Shown: positions 1-13,516 of the stretch, in pieces | How positions within the stretch are numbered: the stretch's first letter is position 1 | How the letters are laid out: every line of letters begins with the position of its first letter | NCBI GenBank assembly: GCA_951406725.2 | Contig: OX597827.1 | Span: forward strand, 19,096,001 to 19,160,000 | Direction of reading: 5' to 3' | DNA: 64,000 nucleotides | Origin: Octopus vulgaris | Lineage: Eukaryota | Made by a program: the position numbers and the translations under genes | Notes under the pieces: generated by a model | Told to the model about the DNA's origin: nothing | Database searches by the model: none | What the model saw: only the letters and a program-made list of their open reading frames with translations

Positions 1-307
1 GGATTGCACCTCGGAAGTTACCCTCCCAGGCACAAGTCCGGGCAAGGTTGTTTTTTATAGAAGACCAGCAGTCGCCCATGCATACCGGTCTTCCCTCTCC
101 ACGCTACCAGTGTTATCCAAGGGAAAAGCAAAGGGGCCGATACAGCTTGGCACCCGTGACGTCGCAACTCATTTCTACAGATGAGTGAAATGGAACAACG
201 TGAAATAAAGTGTCTTGCTCAATACCGCAATACCGGTCAGGGATTCGAACTCACAACCTCACGATCGTAAGCTTGACGCTCTAACCACTGAGCCATGCGC
301 CTTCACA
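1..307 (-). mobile_element. tRNA-derived SINE, group A (3' end cut by window edge)
   Basis: Minus strand begins GAAGGCGCATGGCTCAGTGGTTAGAGCG (A box) ... GAGTTCGAATCC (B box); homologous to 48863-49200 and 55890-56209. Confidence 0.85.
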
Positions 308-420
308 ATTACAATTTGAATTACAAGTGCAATATATCTGATTGTTTGCTGTAAGCTTTCTTTCGGCTCAGCTTCATTTCCAAAATGTGGGTTGGCGGGA
401 GATTCTGGTAAAAGACATCT

Positions 421-1204
421 GCTACTAGCACCAACACCACCAACGCCACAAACACCAACATCAGCAACAACAACACCGCTACTACCTCCGTATCACAACC
501 ATCACTACCACCACCAGCCACAACCATCACTACTACCACCACCACCATCACCATCACAACAACCACCGCCACAACAACAGCAACAACTACTACCACCACT
601 ACAACAACCACAGCCAACACCATTACCACCACCACCGCCACAACAACAACAGGAACAACCACAACCACCACCACCATCATAACTACCACCATTATCACAT
701 CCGTCACCACCACCACCACCACCCACCATCACCTACAACCACCGCCACAACAACAACCACTACCACCACCACGAAAACCACCACCAGTACAACATCAACC
801 ACAGCCAACACCATTACCACCACTACCACCGCCACAACAACAACAGCAACAACCACAACCCCCACCACCACAACCAGCACCACTACCACCACCACCACCA
901 CCACCACAACAACAACAACAACAACAACCACAACAACAGCAACAACCACTACCACCACCACGAAAACCACCACCACTACAACAACAACCACAGCCAACAC
1001 CATTACCACCACCACCGCCACAACAACAGCAACAACCACTACAACCACCACGAAAACCACCACCACTACAACAACAACCACAGCCAACACCATTACCACC
1101 ACCACCGCCACAACAACAGCAACAACCACAACCCCCACCACCACAACCCCACCACCACAACCAGCACCACCACCTCCACCTCCACCACCACCACCACCAC
1201 CACC
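421..1204. repeat. Degenerate (CAA/CCA)n trinucleotide array with higher-order duplicated blocks
   Basis: Block CACCACGAAAACCACCACCACTACAACAACAACCACAGCCAACACCATTACCACC recurs at about 765, 955 and 1045. Confidence 0.9.
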
Positions 1205-1546
1205 TGTTATCAATCCCATTAATAAAAATCCGAAGATTTGAAAACTCCATTTTTCACGGTGCTTTTATTTTTGTTTTCGTCATTGTTTCTGTGTTGAAAT
1301 TCTCCGTTTGGTTAAATCGATGAAGTTTCCGGAATGTCCAACTTAGGTGTGGGTTTGGAGATGGCAGAGGTGATGGCGGTGGCGGATGTGGGGGAGGAGG
1401 GAGAAGAGTGTTTGAGCGTTACGGTTTTAGAAATGGTATTGGGGAAGAAGGACTTGTTGCAGGTCACGGGTGGGTGGCACAAAATTAAATCTTGTCTGGC
1501 AAATCATAGAATGAAATTAGAAGGACGGGTTGAGTATGAAGAAAAA

Positions 1547-1566
1547 TGTGTGTGTGTGTGTGTGAG

Positions 1567-1618
<52 letters not shown>

Positions 1619-1690
1619 GTGAGTGTGTGTGTGTGTGTGTGTGCGTGTGTGTGTGCGTGTGTGAGTGCATGTGTGTGTGACTGTGTGTGT

Positions 1691-1730
<40 letters not shown>

Positions 1731-1776
1731 AAGTGAGTGAGTGTGTGTATGTGTGTGTGTGTGTGAGTGTGTGTGT

Positions 1777-1819
<43 letters not shown>

Positions 1820-1852
1820 TGTATGTGTGTGTGAGTGTGTGTGTGTGTGTGA
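1547..1852. repeat. (TG)n/(AG)n compound microsatellite
   Basis: Directly visible. Confidence 0.95.
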
Positions 1853-1893
1853 ATTATTCATAATCATATATGTATATATATATATATATGTAG

Positions 1894-2296
<403 letters not shown>

Positions 2297-2320
2297 GTAT
2301 ATATATATGTATGTATGTAA

Positions 2321-2374
<54 letters not shown>

Positions 2375-2376
<2 letters not shown>

Positions 2377-2654
2377 GTGACCAATGGCCCAGTGGTTAGG
2401 GCAGCGGACTAGCAGTGGGAGGATCGTGGTTTCGATTCCCAGACCGGGCGTTCTGTGTGTTTAATGAGCGAGAACACCAAAACACCACTAGGCTCCGGCA
2501 GCGGGTTGGTGGTGATCCCTGCTATACTCTTTCGCCACAACTTTCTCTCACTCTTTCTTCTGCTGGCCTGCTCGCTTAGCTAGCGGGGTGGCGTCCTTTG
2601 AAGCGCATTATAACCAGCAATGTGTAGCAACATCTGATAGCCTGGTAGGTCACG

Positions 2655-2659
<5 letters not shown>
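2375..2659 (+). mobile_element. tRNA-derived SINE, group B
   Basis: CAATGGCCCAGTGGTTAGGGCAGCGGACT...GGTTTCGATTCCCAGACCGGG; homologous to 12424, 15406 and 54458 copies. Confidence 0.85.
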
Positions 2660-2704
<45 letters not shown>

Positions 2705-2739
2705 TATATATATATAATATTTATATATGTATGTATATA

Positions 2740-3579
2740 TATACCAACTGCATATGTGGAAATTCTGTCTGTGAGCGTGTTTATGGAGTTAATTCCTACA
2801 TCGTTTTAACGATTTTGATGAAACTTGGAAAGTGACTAGAACTCATGTCTAGAAACTTCATGGCATACTCAGATTGTTGAAAAAAAACGATAATAGTGGC
2901 CCCTGGAAGGGATCCTTATATAATGCCAAGAGAAATAATCCATTCATTTTTCTAAATTATTTGGTAAAAATCAAATTGAGTATGCTTATTTCTTAGTATG
3001 TGATTTGTTAGAATTATTTTCGCAATTTATCTAGTACAACCTTTAAACAAGTAAACAGGATTTTCCTGAACAATAGATCTACGTATTTCCGTTAGTGACT
3101 TATTCACGAAGATACCAACACTAACGCCCCTGAGGGTAATATTCTCTGGGAACACACAAAAGCCCTTATCAGTTATTTACTTTGAACTGTTAGTATCTCA
3201 TATCTGATTAGCCTGTTATTACGTAACATGCTCCACGATTTTAGTATACATACCTTATTACTATTTCCTCCTATGTTCTATATTATCTGGGAATGCATTA
3301 AAGCCCTTTTGGGGGCTACTTTATTTGAATTCTTACTAACGGGTAATTAATTTCATGTTATTACATAACTGACTTCACAATTTGTGTATTCATAACTTAC
3401 TGGGAATTCCTAAAAACAAGATCATGTGTAAAGCAGATCGGTATTCTCTGTAAATGCACAAAAGCCGTTTGAAGGGCTACATACTTTGTATTGTTGTTAT
3501 TGGATTAGCGAAACAATTATGAGAACGGAACCAAGGGATAAGCCCCGCTTTCGCGGGAATTCTCGAGTACGTCAGCTAG
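2740..3579 (+). mobile_element. Probable non-autonomous Helitron
   Basis: Ends with a CCCGC-TTTC-GCGGG hairpin followed by CTAG|T; three diverged internal repeats at about 3141, 3281 and 3441; 5' end lost in a TA tract. Confidence 0.5.
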
Positions 3580-3600
3580 TATATGTATATATGTATGTAT

Positions 3601-3700
3601 GCGAGGATGATCAGGTTCTTGACTGAAGATTAGAGGCTTCGAATTTTTTGTGTCGTCTATTTGAATGTTTTGCGTTCTTGTCCCATTTTGTATTTTTATA
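3601..3700 (+). mobile_element. 3'-end fragment of the Penelope-like element family at 54928-55850
   Basis: GATGATCAGGTTCTTGACTGAAGA...TTCGAAT...TGTGTCGTC...CGTTCTTGTCC matches 55728-55830; flanked by TA repeats. Confidence 0.55.
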
Positions 3701-3710
3701 TATATTTTTT

Positions 3711-3751
<41 letters not shown>

Positions 3752-3774
3752 TACACATATATGTATATATATGG

Positions 3775-3805
<31 letters not shown>

Positions 3806-3828
3806 AATGTGTATATATATATATATGT

Positions 3829-4004
<176 letters not shown>

Positions 4005-4917
4005 GTATATAGGTGCATGGGAATAAGTGGGTGTATATGGGGAAAATACCTCGCATCTTTTGTTGTTGCTGTTGTTGTTCAGGATGATGACGACGATGAC
4101 GATGACACCATTGATCAAATAAAAAAGAAATAGTCCTCATATCGAACATTACCATTTCACATGAAAGGAAGGACGCAGTTACTAATGGTTTCTGATTGAA
4201 GCACGAGGACAGAAACTTTTAGGGTAATCAAGAAGATTATTAAGAATGAAATTTTAATAAAAGGATAAAATTTCTTTGAATATTTTGAGTATATACCAAA
4301 TTTTTACCATAATAGAGGTATAAATCTTTTCTATTGAAGTATAATAGAGGTATCAATAGTCTGCTGGTGGGTGACCCCCTTAATTATTAGCCAACATCTT
4401 GTTTTAAGTTTTCCCTTACTAAACCTCAAGATATTGCATCTAATAAATCTTGATTTTTTATGACGATACTAACTAGAATGTCTGTCTACTCCCTCAGCCC
4501 TACCTCTAACAGATACTGCCCTGTTCTCTCAGCCCTACCTCTAACAGATACTGCCCTGTTCTCTCAGCCTTAGATATACAAGGGATTTGATAAACTAGTC
4601 TACAAATTAAAACTGACCCCATAAAGACAAAAAAAAAAATCAGTGGCAGATATAGTCTTCTTGATAATTTTAGTAACTTCTATGCTGAAGTAGAGACAAC
4701 GTATTTTTGGTCTATCTCCTTAACTTCTTGGAGATTTCAGGTATAATTATATTAATGTGTCCATCTGTTCTAATTTAATTAAATTCTATGTCTTTGTGCA
4801 GCTGAAGATTGCTCTTCATTTTAAATTGATGTAATGATTGCATTGTTCAAGTAAATAGAGTTGCATGAAACGATCGTCCAGCATTACCTCTGGATATCCT
4901 TGTTGCTTATTTTGATT

Positions 4918-4954
<37 letters not shown>

Positions 4955-5821
4955 CATACATACATACATACATACATGCATACATACATACATACATACA
5001 TACAGAGAGAGGAAGAGAATGAAAGGAGAGAAAATAGAGAAATATTTATAAAGATAGATAGAAAACACAGACAGATAGATATTTTGATAATTATCAAGAA
5101 ACGAGGGTCATGCATACATTCAAGTAGACAAATAGAGAAAGTTATCAATATTTTGATAGACAAATATATAGATAGATCGTTATATAAATAAATAGTAAGA
5201 CATATAGACAGGCCGATAGGTAGCTAGATGGATAGGCCTCCACCACTATCATAAATAGGCCTCTACCACTATGAGAAACAGGCTTCCTGCGTTCAAACTG
5301 TGTGTTCCTGTCACCAAACGTGTTATGGAATTCATCTCTTTAACCCATCCTTGCCCCTAACTCCTTCCCAAAACGAATTATTACTTCTTAAGCCTCATCC
5401 GAACTTACTCTTCCCCCTCACTAGTCCACACTTCCAAACCTCCTTCCATCTCTTATCATTTCCACCACCGAATATCGATTCTTTGTAGAAGACACTGGAA
5501 TATCTTGGAGAGTTTTCTTACTAAAAGCTATTTAACTCTATCGGAAACTCTTTTCTTTTAGTTTTCTTTTCATTTTTCTTTTTTTTTTTGTGGTAAATAT
5601 TTGTGAAAATAACAAACTTCCTTTTATGGCTCCAAGTATGGCGTTATGAAGAGAGAGAGAGAGAGAGAGAGGGGAAGACAGTGACAGAGAGACAGACAGA
5701 CAGACAGACTGAGACAGAGACAGAGAGAAAGAGAGAAAGAGCAACACAGAAAGAGAGAGATTGATGGGATTCCACCGCTTCTTTTTTTAAATATACATTC
5801 AACAACAAACATGCATTTTCA

Positions 5822-6410
5822 TTCTTCTTCTTCTTCTTCTTCTTCTTCTTCTTCTTCTTCTTCTTCTTCTTCTTCTTCTTCTTCTTCTTCTTCTTCTTCT
5901 TCTTCTTCTTCTTCTTCTCATATTTGTCTTCTTTCTCTTATTCATTTCATTCTTCTATATCCTCTACCCACCTCCCAATTTCTTTTCTTCTGTTCTCCAT
6001 CCCACTCTTTTCCATTCCTCCTCACCAATCCTCCTCCTCCTTCTTCTTCTTCTTCTTCTTCTTCTTCTTCTTCTTCTTCTTCTTCTCCTCCTCCTTCTTC
6101 TTCTTCTTCTTCTTCCCCTCCTTCTCCTTCTTCTTCTCCTTCTCCTCCTTCTTCTTCTTCTTCTTCTTCTTCTTCTCCTTCTTCTCCTCCTTCTTCTTCT
6201 TCTTCTCCTCCTTCTTCTTCCTCCTCCTCCTCCTCCTTCTCCTTCTTCTTCTTCTTCTTCTCCTTCTCCTTCTTCTTCTCCTTCTTCTCCTTCTTCTCCT
6301 CCTCCTCCTTCTTCTTCTTCTTCTTCTTCTTCTTCTTCTTCTTCTTCTTCTTCTTCTTCTTCTTCTTCTTCTTCTTCTTCTTCTTCTTCTTCTTCTTCTT
6401 CTTCTTCTTC
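5822..6410. repeat. (TTC)n/(TCC)n microsatellite
   Basis: Directly visible. Confidence 0.95.
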
Positions 6411-7019
6411 CGCATTGAGACTCCATGTATTGCATTCTTGGGAATTTCCTACTGTCCACTCTATAATTTTATCGCTTTTTCTCCGACAACCTCTGCATCC
6501 ATTTATTTATATTTTTCATCTATTTATGTTACATATTTTACTCTGTCGTTGTTGTTGTTGTTGCTGTTGTTATCATTGTTATCATTGTTATTGTTGTTAA
6601 TAAATATATCGACGTGGAAAATATCTTATCTGGCCTGCCACTAAAGACTTGTAAATAAATAGACAAGTGCATAAACTTCCCCTTTTTTCTCCGCTTTCCT
6701 GCCAACAAGACACAATAGTTTTGATTATCTCTGGACAAACAGTCTGTATAACAGACATACACACATTCATGATATATATATATATATATATGCATGAATG
6801 TATATATATATATATATGTTCCCTCTTTTCTCTCACCCCCTTCTTTAGTTCAATGCTGCTTGGCTTTCTGCTCTATACCTGAGAGACTTTTTGGACTAAG
6901 GAATGCTGAGAAGTAGTCTGTCTGATTCACTACAATATAGCGGTTCTTTCTGTAATATGAAATCTCGCCACATTTCTTCGACGCCATCTTGACGACACGT
7001 AGGAAGAAGGAAGACGGTT

Positions 7020-7027
7020 TTTTTTCC

Positions 7028-7058
<31 letters not shown>

Positions 7059-7334
7059 TTTCCTTCTCTCTCTTTCTTTCTCTAATCGCACACATACTGT
7101 CTCGCTTCCTTTCTTTAATCACACGCATTTTCTCTCATTCTTTCTCTTTCGCTTTTTCTCTTTCACACACATACACACACATACACACACTCTTTCTCTC
7201 TCTCTTTCTCTCTTTCTCTCTTTCTCTCTCTCTCTCTCACTCTCTCCCTTTCTTTCTCTAATCGCACACATACTGTCTCGCTTTCTTTCTCTAATCACAC
7301 GCATTTTCTCTCATTCTTTCTCTTTCGCTTTTTC

Positions 7335-7417
<83 letters not shown>

Positions 7418-7434
7418 TTCTCTCTCTCCCTCTT

Positions 7435-7490
<56 letters not shown>
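7020..7490. repeat. CT/CA microsatellite region with a ~180-bp tandem duplication
   Basis: TCTAATCGCACACATACTGTCTCGCT...TAATCACACGCATTTTCTCTCATTC occurs at about 7081 and 7257. Confidence 0.85.
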
Positions 7491-7491
<1 letters not shown>

Positions 7492-7927
7492 ATGGAGTTT
7501 GAGTGGAAAGTCTTCCAAATAAGAAACAAAGTTTTGTCGGTCAAGACCGAAAGGCAATCAGATAGATTAAGGAGATTTCATGTTTGTATGTGAGGAATAA
7601 AATGTTAGTATTTTCTCCCCATTGTATGATTAGAGAGATGTTTTTCAAAGCGAATTGCCGAACAATAAGACATTGCAGATAATAGACAGTTGTCTACTCA
7701 CAAAACACACTGGCAATTGTTCTCAAGTTCAACGCCCAACGTACACTTCTCATCTAAATCATTTATAACTATCTTTCACAGCAATTTTGCTTCAATTAGA
7801 TTTTCATCTAACTATTCACATATATATTTTTCTTGTAATCTATTTTTCTGTCTTTTTATCTATCTATCTTATAATCTAAATATCTATCATTGTATCTATC
7901 TATGTCTATATCTACATAGATAGAAAG

Positions 7928-8026
7928 ATATAAATACAGTGTACGTTTAAACACACAAGAGGTATCCTTCAAAGGAATCCTATGAAGGATACCTCTTGTG
8001 TGTTTAAATGTACACTGTATTTATAT
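7928..8026. repeat. Near-perfect ~99-nt palindrome (fold-back hairpin)
   Basis: ATATAAATACAGTGTACGTTTAAACACACAAGAGGTATCCTTCA is followed by its reverse complement with very few mismatches. Confidence 0.92.
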
Positions 8027-8256
8027 GAATGATATATAGTCTATTGAATAATTTTTCTACACGTTAGGCCACAGGTAGTAAAAATTCATAAAATCTCTAT
8101 TACCCTTATATTATTAATTATAGATAGATAGATAGATAGATAGATAGATCCATCCATCCATCCATCCATCCATACATACATACATACATACATACATACA
8201 TACATACATACATACATACATACATACATACATACATACATACATACATACATACG

Positions 8257-8820
8257 TACGTGGTGGCTGCCCCCTCGTTATCGAGTATGGCCATTGCTCG
8301 AAGCTTAATCAATGTTGTTATCGTGCAATGCTTGTGCAAGAAGATTTTTTTTTTTTTAATGAGGAAAGGCTGTGCACTGAGTCAATCCCACTCACTAAGC
8401 AACAGCAGCCATAATCCGAAAAGAAGAACAAGTCAACATCATCGGTTACCATTGAACCGCAGGTTTTGTGTCGGAGTTATCCCAGTTACCTGAGTTACCA
8501 TCTCCTAGAAGGATGCCCTAACAAAGGCTATGAGTCCTTCACTCCCAATGGTTTAACCGCGCGATCGGGTATTCAATCCGATTATTTCTATGTCCCCGCA
8601 CATGATACAGCCTTAAGACATTTATTGGATGGCCGTTGACTCTCAAGAGTTCCTCCGTCCTTTGACGGGTTTTGATTTTCATCCTGCAGGGTGTCCAATA
8701 AACACCCTCCTCACCAAGCAAGCTTGATGGAGTTGCCGGTTTAGTCGCCGACGACCCGACCATGCAACAGGTTGTACTGTGATACATGTTACCAGTAGCA
8801 CTCGAAAGTGACCTGACACA
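8257..8820 (-). mobile_element. RTE-like non-autonomous retroelement (5'UTR-like part plus 3' end) inside a (TATG)n tract
   Basis: Minus-strand GTTAGGGCATCCTTCTAGGAGATGGTAACTC resembles the conserved RTE 5'UTR motif; no ORF; (TATG)n on both sides. Confidence 0.5.
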
Positions 8821-8954
8821 ACATACATATATACATACATACATACATACATACATACATACATACATACATACATACATACATACATACATACATACAT
8901 ACATACATAAAAGGTGAGCGAAAGTGTACGTACGCTGCTATGTGTATATATAAA

Positions 8955-9640
8955 TCCAAAAAATGGAACAAGGATTCAACAGACGACAACAAAAGGTCCG
9001 GACAGATAGACGATGCAATGACGGACAGGAAAAACAATAAAAAGACGGACTGGAGAAAACAAGGATGGGTTCTTTGCAGCCTCCTCCCGTCGGTCCAGTT
9101 ACCAAATCCTCCTTACAGTTTCGGACGCTTCCCTCTACTCTCCACCTCTCTCTTTTCCTTTCACGCGACCGGTGTTCAGCCAGGAGTGATCTTTCTTGGC
9201 TCGACTGCCGGCCGCGAAACATCTCTTATATTCCTGTCTCTTGACTTTCATCTCCTATGTTCCTGCCTCAAGGCTTTCCCTCTACACACGCCAGATCAAT
9301 TTGATTCGTCTTTATTAGTCGAAAGACACCTGTTGTTAGTTTAATGTTGTTTGTATTTGTAATTGCGTAACATGTTCTCCGTTTTTTTCTTTGTTGTCGT
9401 ACACATTCCCTTGCTTTCTCTCAAAAAATTTAATGCTCTTAGCTTAGATTGGGTGGGGGCAGCCATATTTCAACAGTCTCAAATGTAACTGCCCGAAACT
9501 GTAAGGATGATTTGGTAAACTGACTGAAGAGAGGAGGATACGAATGACCCGTCCTGGTTTTTTCATGTCCGTCTTCGCATCGTCTATTTGTCCGGGTGTT
9601 TTGTTGTCGTCTGTTGCGTTCTTGTTCCATTTCTTGCCTC
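8955..9640 (+). mobile_element. Penelope-like (pLTR-type) non-coding element with a diverged inverted copy of its 3' end
   Basis: 8955-9125 is a diverged reverse complement of 9493-9636; body shares motifs with 55340-55845; GGGCAG...CTGCCC-GAAAC stem. Confidence 0.5.
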
Positions 9641-9665
9641 ATATATATATATATATATATATATA

Positions 9666-9826
9666 TCGTTAGCCACTACACACATTTTTTCTCTCCTTCT
9701 TTCTCTCCTTGTTTTTTCTGTGTGCTTTTCTGTAGAAGAGCGTAGGATCGAAACGTTATACTAATACATCTGTTTGTTTTATACACCACCTGTCTTTGGC
9801 TTTTGTTTTTTCGTAAACTCTCCCTA
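9666..9826 (+). mobile_element. Short TA-embedded repeat (family H) with hammerhead-like motif
   Basis: CGTTAGCCACTACACACA...CTGTAGAAGAGCGTAGG(C/A)TCGAAACGT...GTAAACTCTCCCTATA; four copies in the window. Confidence 0.75.
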
Positions 9827-9979
9827 TATATATATATATGAGTGTGTGTGTGTGTGTGTACATTTATATCCTATATAGCTATGTACACAACCGGCTTAAC
9901 ATATATCTGTCTAGCTACCTAGCAAGTTTGGGTAATATACCTGTCTATGTATGTATACATATATATATATATATATACA

Positions 9980-11345
9980 TTTAAATTGGAGATTGAGAAA
10001 CGTCTGCGCCAGTCTCATGAAAAGGAGAGTGTAAATAAAGAAGCTTGGATTATAGAAAATATCAAGTCGAACCTTAAAGCTATCATTATGTTTTCCAAAG
10101 GAACAGCCTCAGTATGCCACAAGATAGGACTCCTCTTCCAAAAAGATGGCTCCCTCACAGGAAAACCCCTGAGGATAAGTGAAATACTGAACGGAAAGTT
10201 CCAAAGTATGTTCACTACACCTCTGGGACACAGGTAAGTGAACAAACCAGCAGAATTCTTTGCCACTTTACCTGTAACCAAAGAGGCATAAACATTGAAG
10301 ATGTAACATTGGCCATACATGAGGTTGACACAAACTCAGCTGCTAGCCCTGATGGATTTCTCGCGGTCCTTCTCAAATCGTGCAAAGGAGCCCTTGCAAA
10401 ACCACTTCAGCTTCTCTGTCAAAGCTTGTTTGCAAGTGGTAAGCTCCCAGACAAATTGAAGGAAGGGATAATATACCCTATCCATAAGGGAGGAAGCAAA
10501 GCAGATGCTAAAAATTATAGACCTATCTCTCTGACCTAACACATCAGTAAAGTCATGGAATGAATAGTTCGCAAGAAACTAATCGTGTTCCTTGAAGAAA
10601 ACGACTTGCTGACTGACACCCAGCATGTATTTCGACCAGGTAGAAGCTGTCTAACACAGCTCTTGCAACACTATGACTGGGTATTAAAATAGTTACTAAA
10701 TGATTCAAGCGTGGATGTTCTTTCTTCTTTCTTTTGTTCCTTCTCGAGCCATGCCTGGCTCATAAGGGCCGGCTTCCCGGTTTCCTTGGCGTATAGGTTC
10801 CCCACCTGGATGGGACGCCGGTCCGTCACAGGTGAGCTACAAGATGCAGGAGGAAAGAGTGATAGAAAGTTGTAGCGAAAGAGTCAGCAGAAGTTCGCCA
10901 GAAGTAAGCGTGGAGCTTAGGTGTTTCGCTCATAAACACACACATCGCCCGGTCTAAGATTCGAACCTGCGATCCCTCGACCACGAGTCCGCTGCTCTAA
11001 CCACTAGGCCATGTGCCTCCACAAGCGTGGATGTGCTATATCTCGACTTTGAAAAAGCCTTTGACAAGGTCGACCATGGTATGATAAGTCACATCGTGGA
11101 GAGTGGCTGCACGACTTTCTAAAAGAACGACTTCAGGCGGTGGTGGCCAACGGAGCCACCTCCAAGAAAACTCAAATAGCAAGTGATGTTCCATGGGGCA
11201 CTATCTTAGGGCCACTGCTATATATAATGGCCATCTCAGACATGCTCTCAGCTGCTCAGATAGCCACCCTTGCTAGCTGTGCAGATGACACAAAAGTCTC
11301 TCAGACAATACAAAATCATGTGAATATTGTACATCTTCAATCCAG
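9980..11345 (+). pseudogene. Decayed non-LTR retrotransposon ORF2, reverse-transcriptase domain (CR1/L2/I-group-like)
   Basis: Motifs SPDG, KNYRPISLT, YLDFEKAFDKVDH, VP(W)GTILGPLL, (C)ADDT; stops and frameshifts; split by a SINE. Confidence 0.9.
10719..11022 (-). mobile_element. tRNA-derived SINE, group B3, inserted into the LINE RT
   Basis: 12-bp TSD AAGCGTGGATGT at 10707-10718 and 11023-11034. Confidence 0.92.
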
Positions 11346-11715
11346 TTGCGTTTTAAAGAAACTTACATCCACACCATCAAGTCTCTCAGGTATTTTGAAA
11401 GGATATTGAAGAGCTGTGGGCCCCTGAAGCCCAAGCCGTTCATTTGTAACAAGGAAGAAGAGGAGGAGGAGGAGGAGGAGGAGATGTTTTAAGCAAAAAG
11501 GTATGATGGAGTCGTTAAGATATGATATAACAAGTAGAAAAGTGTGGCAGTTCTATTCCTCTTGTTATCAGTAGTACCAATTCACTTAACTGTAAATGGT
11601 TATCACACACTAACACAAACGCATATGTACACGCATACGCACACACACACACACATGTATTCATACATACATTTACTCGCGCATATACGTGTATATCTAC
11701 GTATATATGTGTTAT

Positions 11716-11903
11716 ATAGGGAGAGTTTACAAAAAAACGAAAGACGAAGACAAGTGGTGTACAAAACAAACAGATGAATTAGTATAACGCTCGGGAATAG
11801 AAAAAGTTTTTAACGTTTCGAGCCTACGCTCTTCTACAGAAAGGGACACAGAAAAAACAGGGAGAGAAAAATGTGTGTAGTGGCTAACGATCTATCATGG
11901 CGA

Positions 11904-11907
<4 letters not shown>
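11716..11907 (-). mobile_element. Family H repeat with hammerhead-like motif
   Basis: Reverse complement of the 9666 and 30860 copies; motif at 11813-11839. Confidence 0.75.
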
Positions 11908-11985
<78 letters not shown>

Positions 11986-12008
11986 TAGATAGATAAATAG
12001 ATAGATAA

Positions 12009-12065
<57 letters not shown>

Positions 12066-12305
12066 CAGATAGATATTACGCAACAGAGTGACTTTAGCAC
12101 CGAGGGTTCCGTGTATTTACATATACTCCGAGTAACAGTTTGTGGAGTTTCTTTTCTTTTTTCGGCTTTAATAAAATATTATTTTACTCTACCTTTGGTA
12201 TTCGAGTGCTATTTTCCCACCCGGTTTTGCCCCTATGTGCTTACTGCGTATGGCGTATGTGTGTGTGCGTATATATATATGTTATATATATATATATATA
12301 TATAT

Positions 12306-12419
<114 letters not shown>

Positions 12420-12423
12420 CATA

Positions 12424-13050
12424 TGGGGAGGCGCAATGGTCCAGTAGTTAGGGCAGTGGACTCGCAGCCGTAGGATCGCGGTTCGACTCCCAGACCGAGC
12501 GTTGTGAGTGTTTATTGAGCGAAAACACCTAAAGCTTCACGAGGCTCCGGCAGGGGGTTGTGGCGATCCCTGCTGTACTCTTTCGCCACAACTTTCTCTC
12601 ACTCTTTCTTCTGTTGACCTGCTCGCTTAGTCAGCAGGGTGGCGTCATTTGAAGGCTAAAACAATGCGAAGCGCATTGTGACCAGCGATATGTAGCAACA
12701 TCTGTCTTTACGTTCTGAGTTCAAATTCCGCCGAGGTCGACTTTGCCTTTCATCCTTTCGGGGTCGGTAAAATAAGTACCAGTTTCGCACTGGGTCGATG
12801 TAATCTACTTAATCCCTTTATCTGTCCTTGTTTGTCCCCTCTATGTTTAGCCCCTTGTGGGTAATGCAGAAATAAGAAACGTTAGCACGCCGGGCGAAAT
12901 GCTTATCGGTATTTACGTTCTGAGTTTAAATTCCGCCGAGGTTGACTTTGCCTTTCATCCTTTCGGGGTCGATAAATTCAGTACCGGTTGCGTACTGGGG
13001 TCAATCCAATCGACTAGCCCCATCCCCCAGAGTGCCTAGAGTAGAAAAGA
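12424..13050 (+). mobile_element. SINE cluster: group B (12424-12704) followed by two group D copies
   Basis: B head; two occurrences of the D core GACTTTGCCTTTCATCCTTTCGGGGTCG(G/A)TAAA..AGTACC (Meta/MESC-domain-like). Confidence 0.85.
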
Positions 13051-13433
13051 ACACATATGAATAACAATAAGCTTGTACATAAGTGTTTAACTGCTAAATA
13101 TATTTAAGTCTTGTATCATTTATACATTTGTGTGTGTGTGTGTGTGTGTGCCCACGTGAGTGCGTGTGTGTACATTTATGTATGTTTATATGTCTATACC
13201 TAGCCTAATCATGTTTATCTGTGTCGCTATCTCCATATCGACTCACCTGGAGTTTTTTTTTTTTAATAGCTAATCTCTAGCCCTGGAATCTAGTCGTCGA
13301 TAAAGATTGGAGTTTATGTTTAAATTATTTAAGCACACCTACATGTTTTCTATATTGGGCATCTCAAAAATCTCACCTGTTGATGTATGATATATATATA
13401 TATATATATATATGTATGAATGCAGGTATGTAC

Positions 13434-13485
<52 letters not shown>

Positions 13486-13516
13486 GTATGCATGTATGTA
13501 CGAATATATATATATA

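Noticed and set aside
421-1204. Mucin-like poly-Thr or Pro/Gln-rich coding exon
   Set aside because: Pure CAA/CCA repeat with no convincing splice or start context; similar tracts occur elsewhere (35150-36300).
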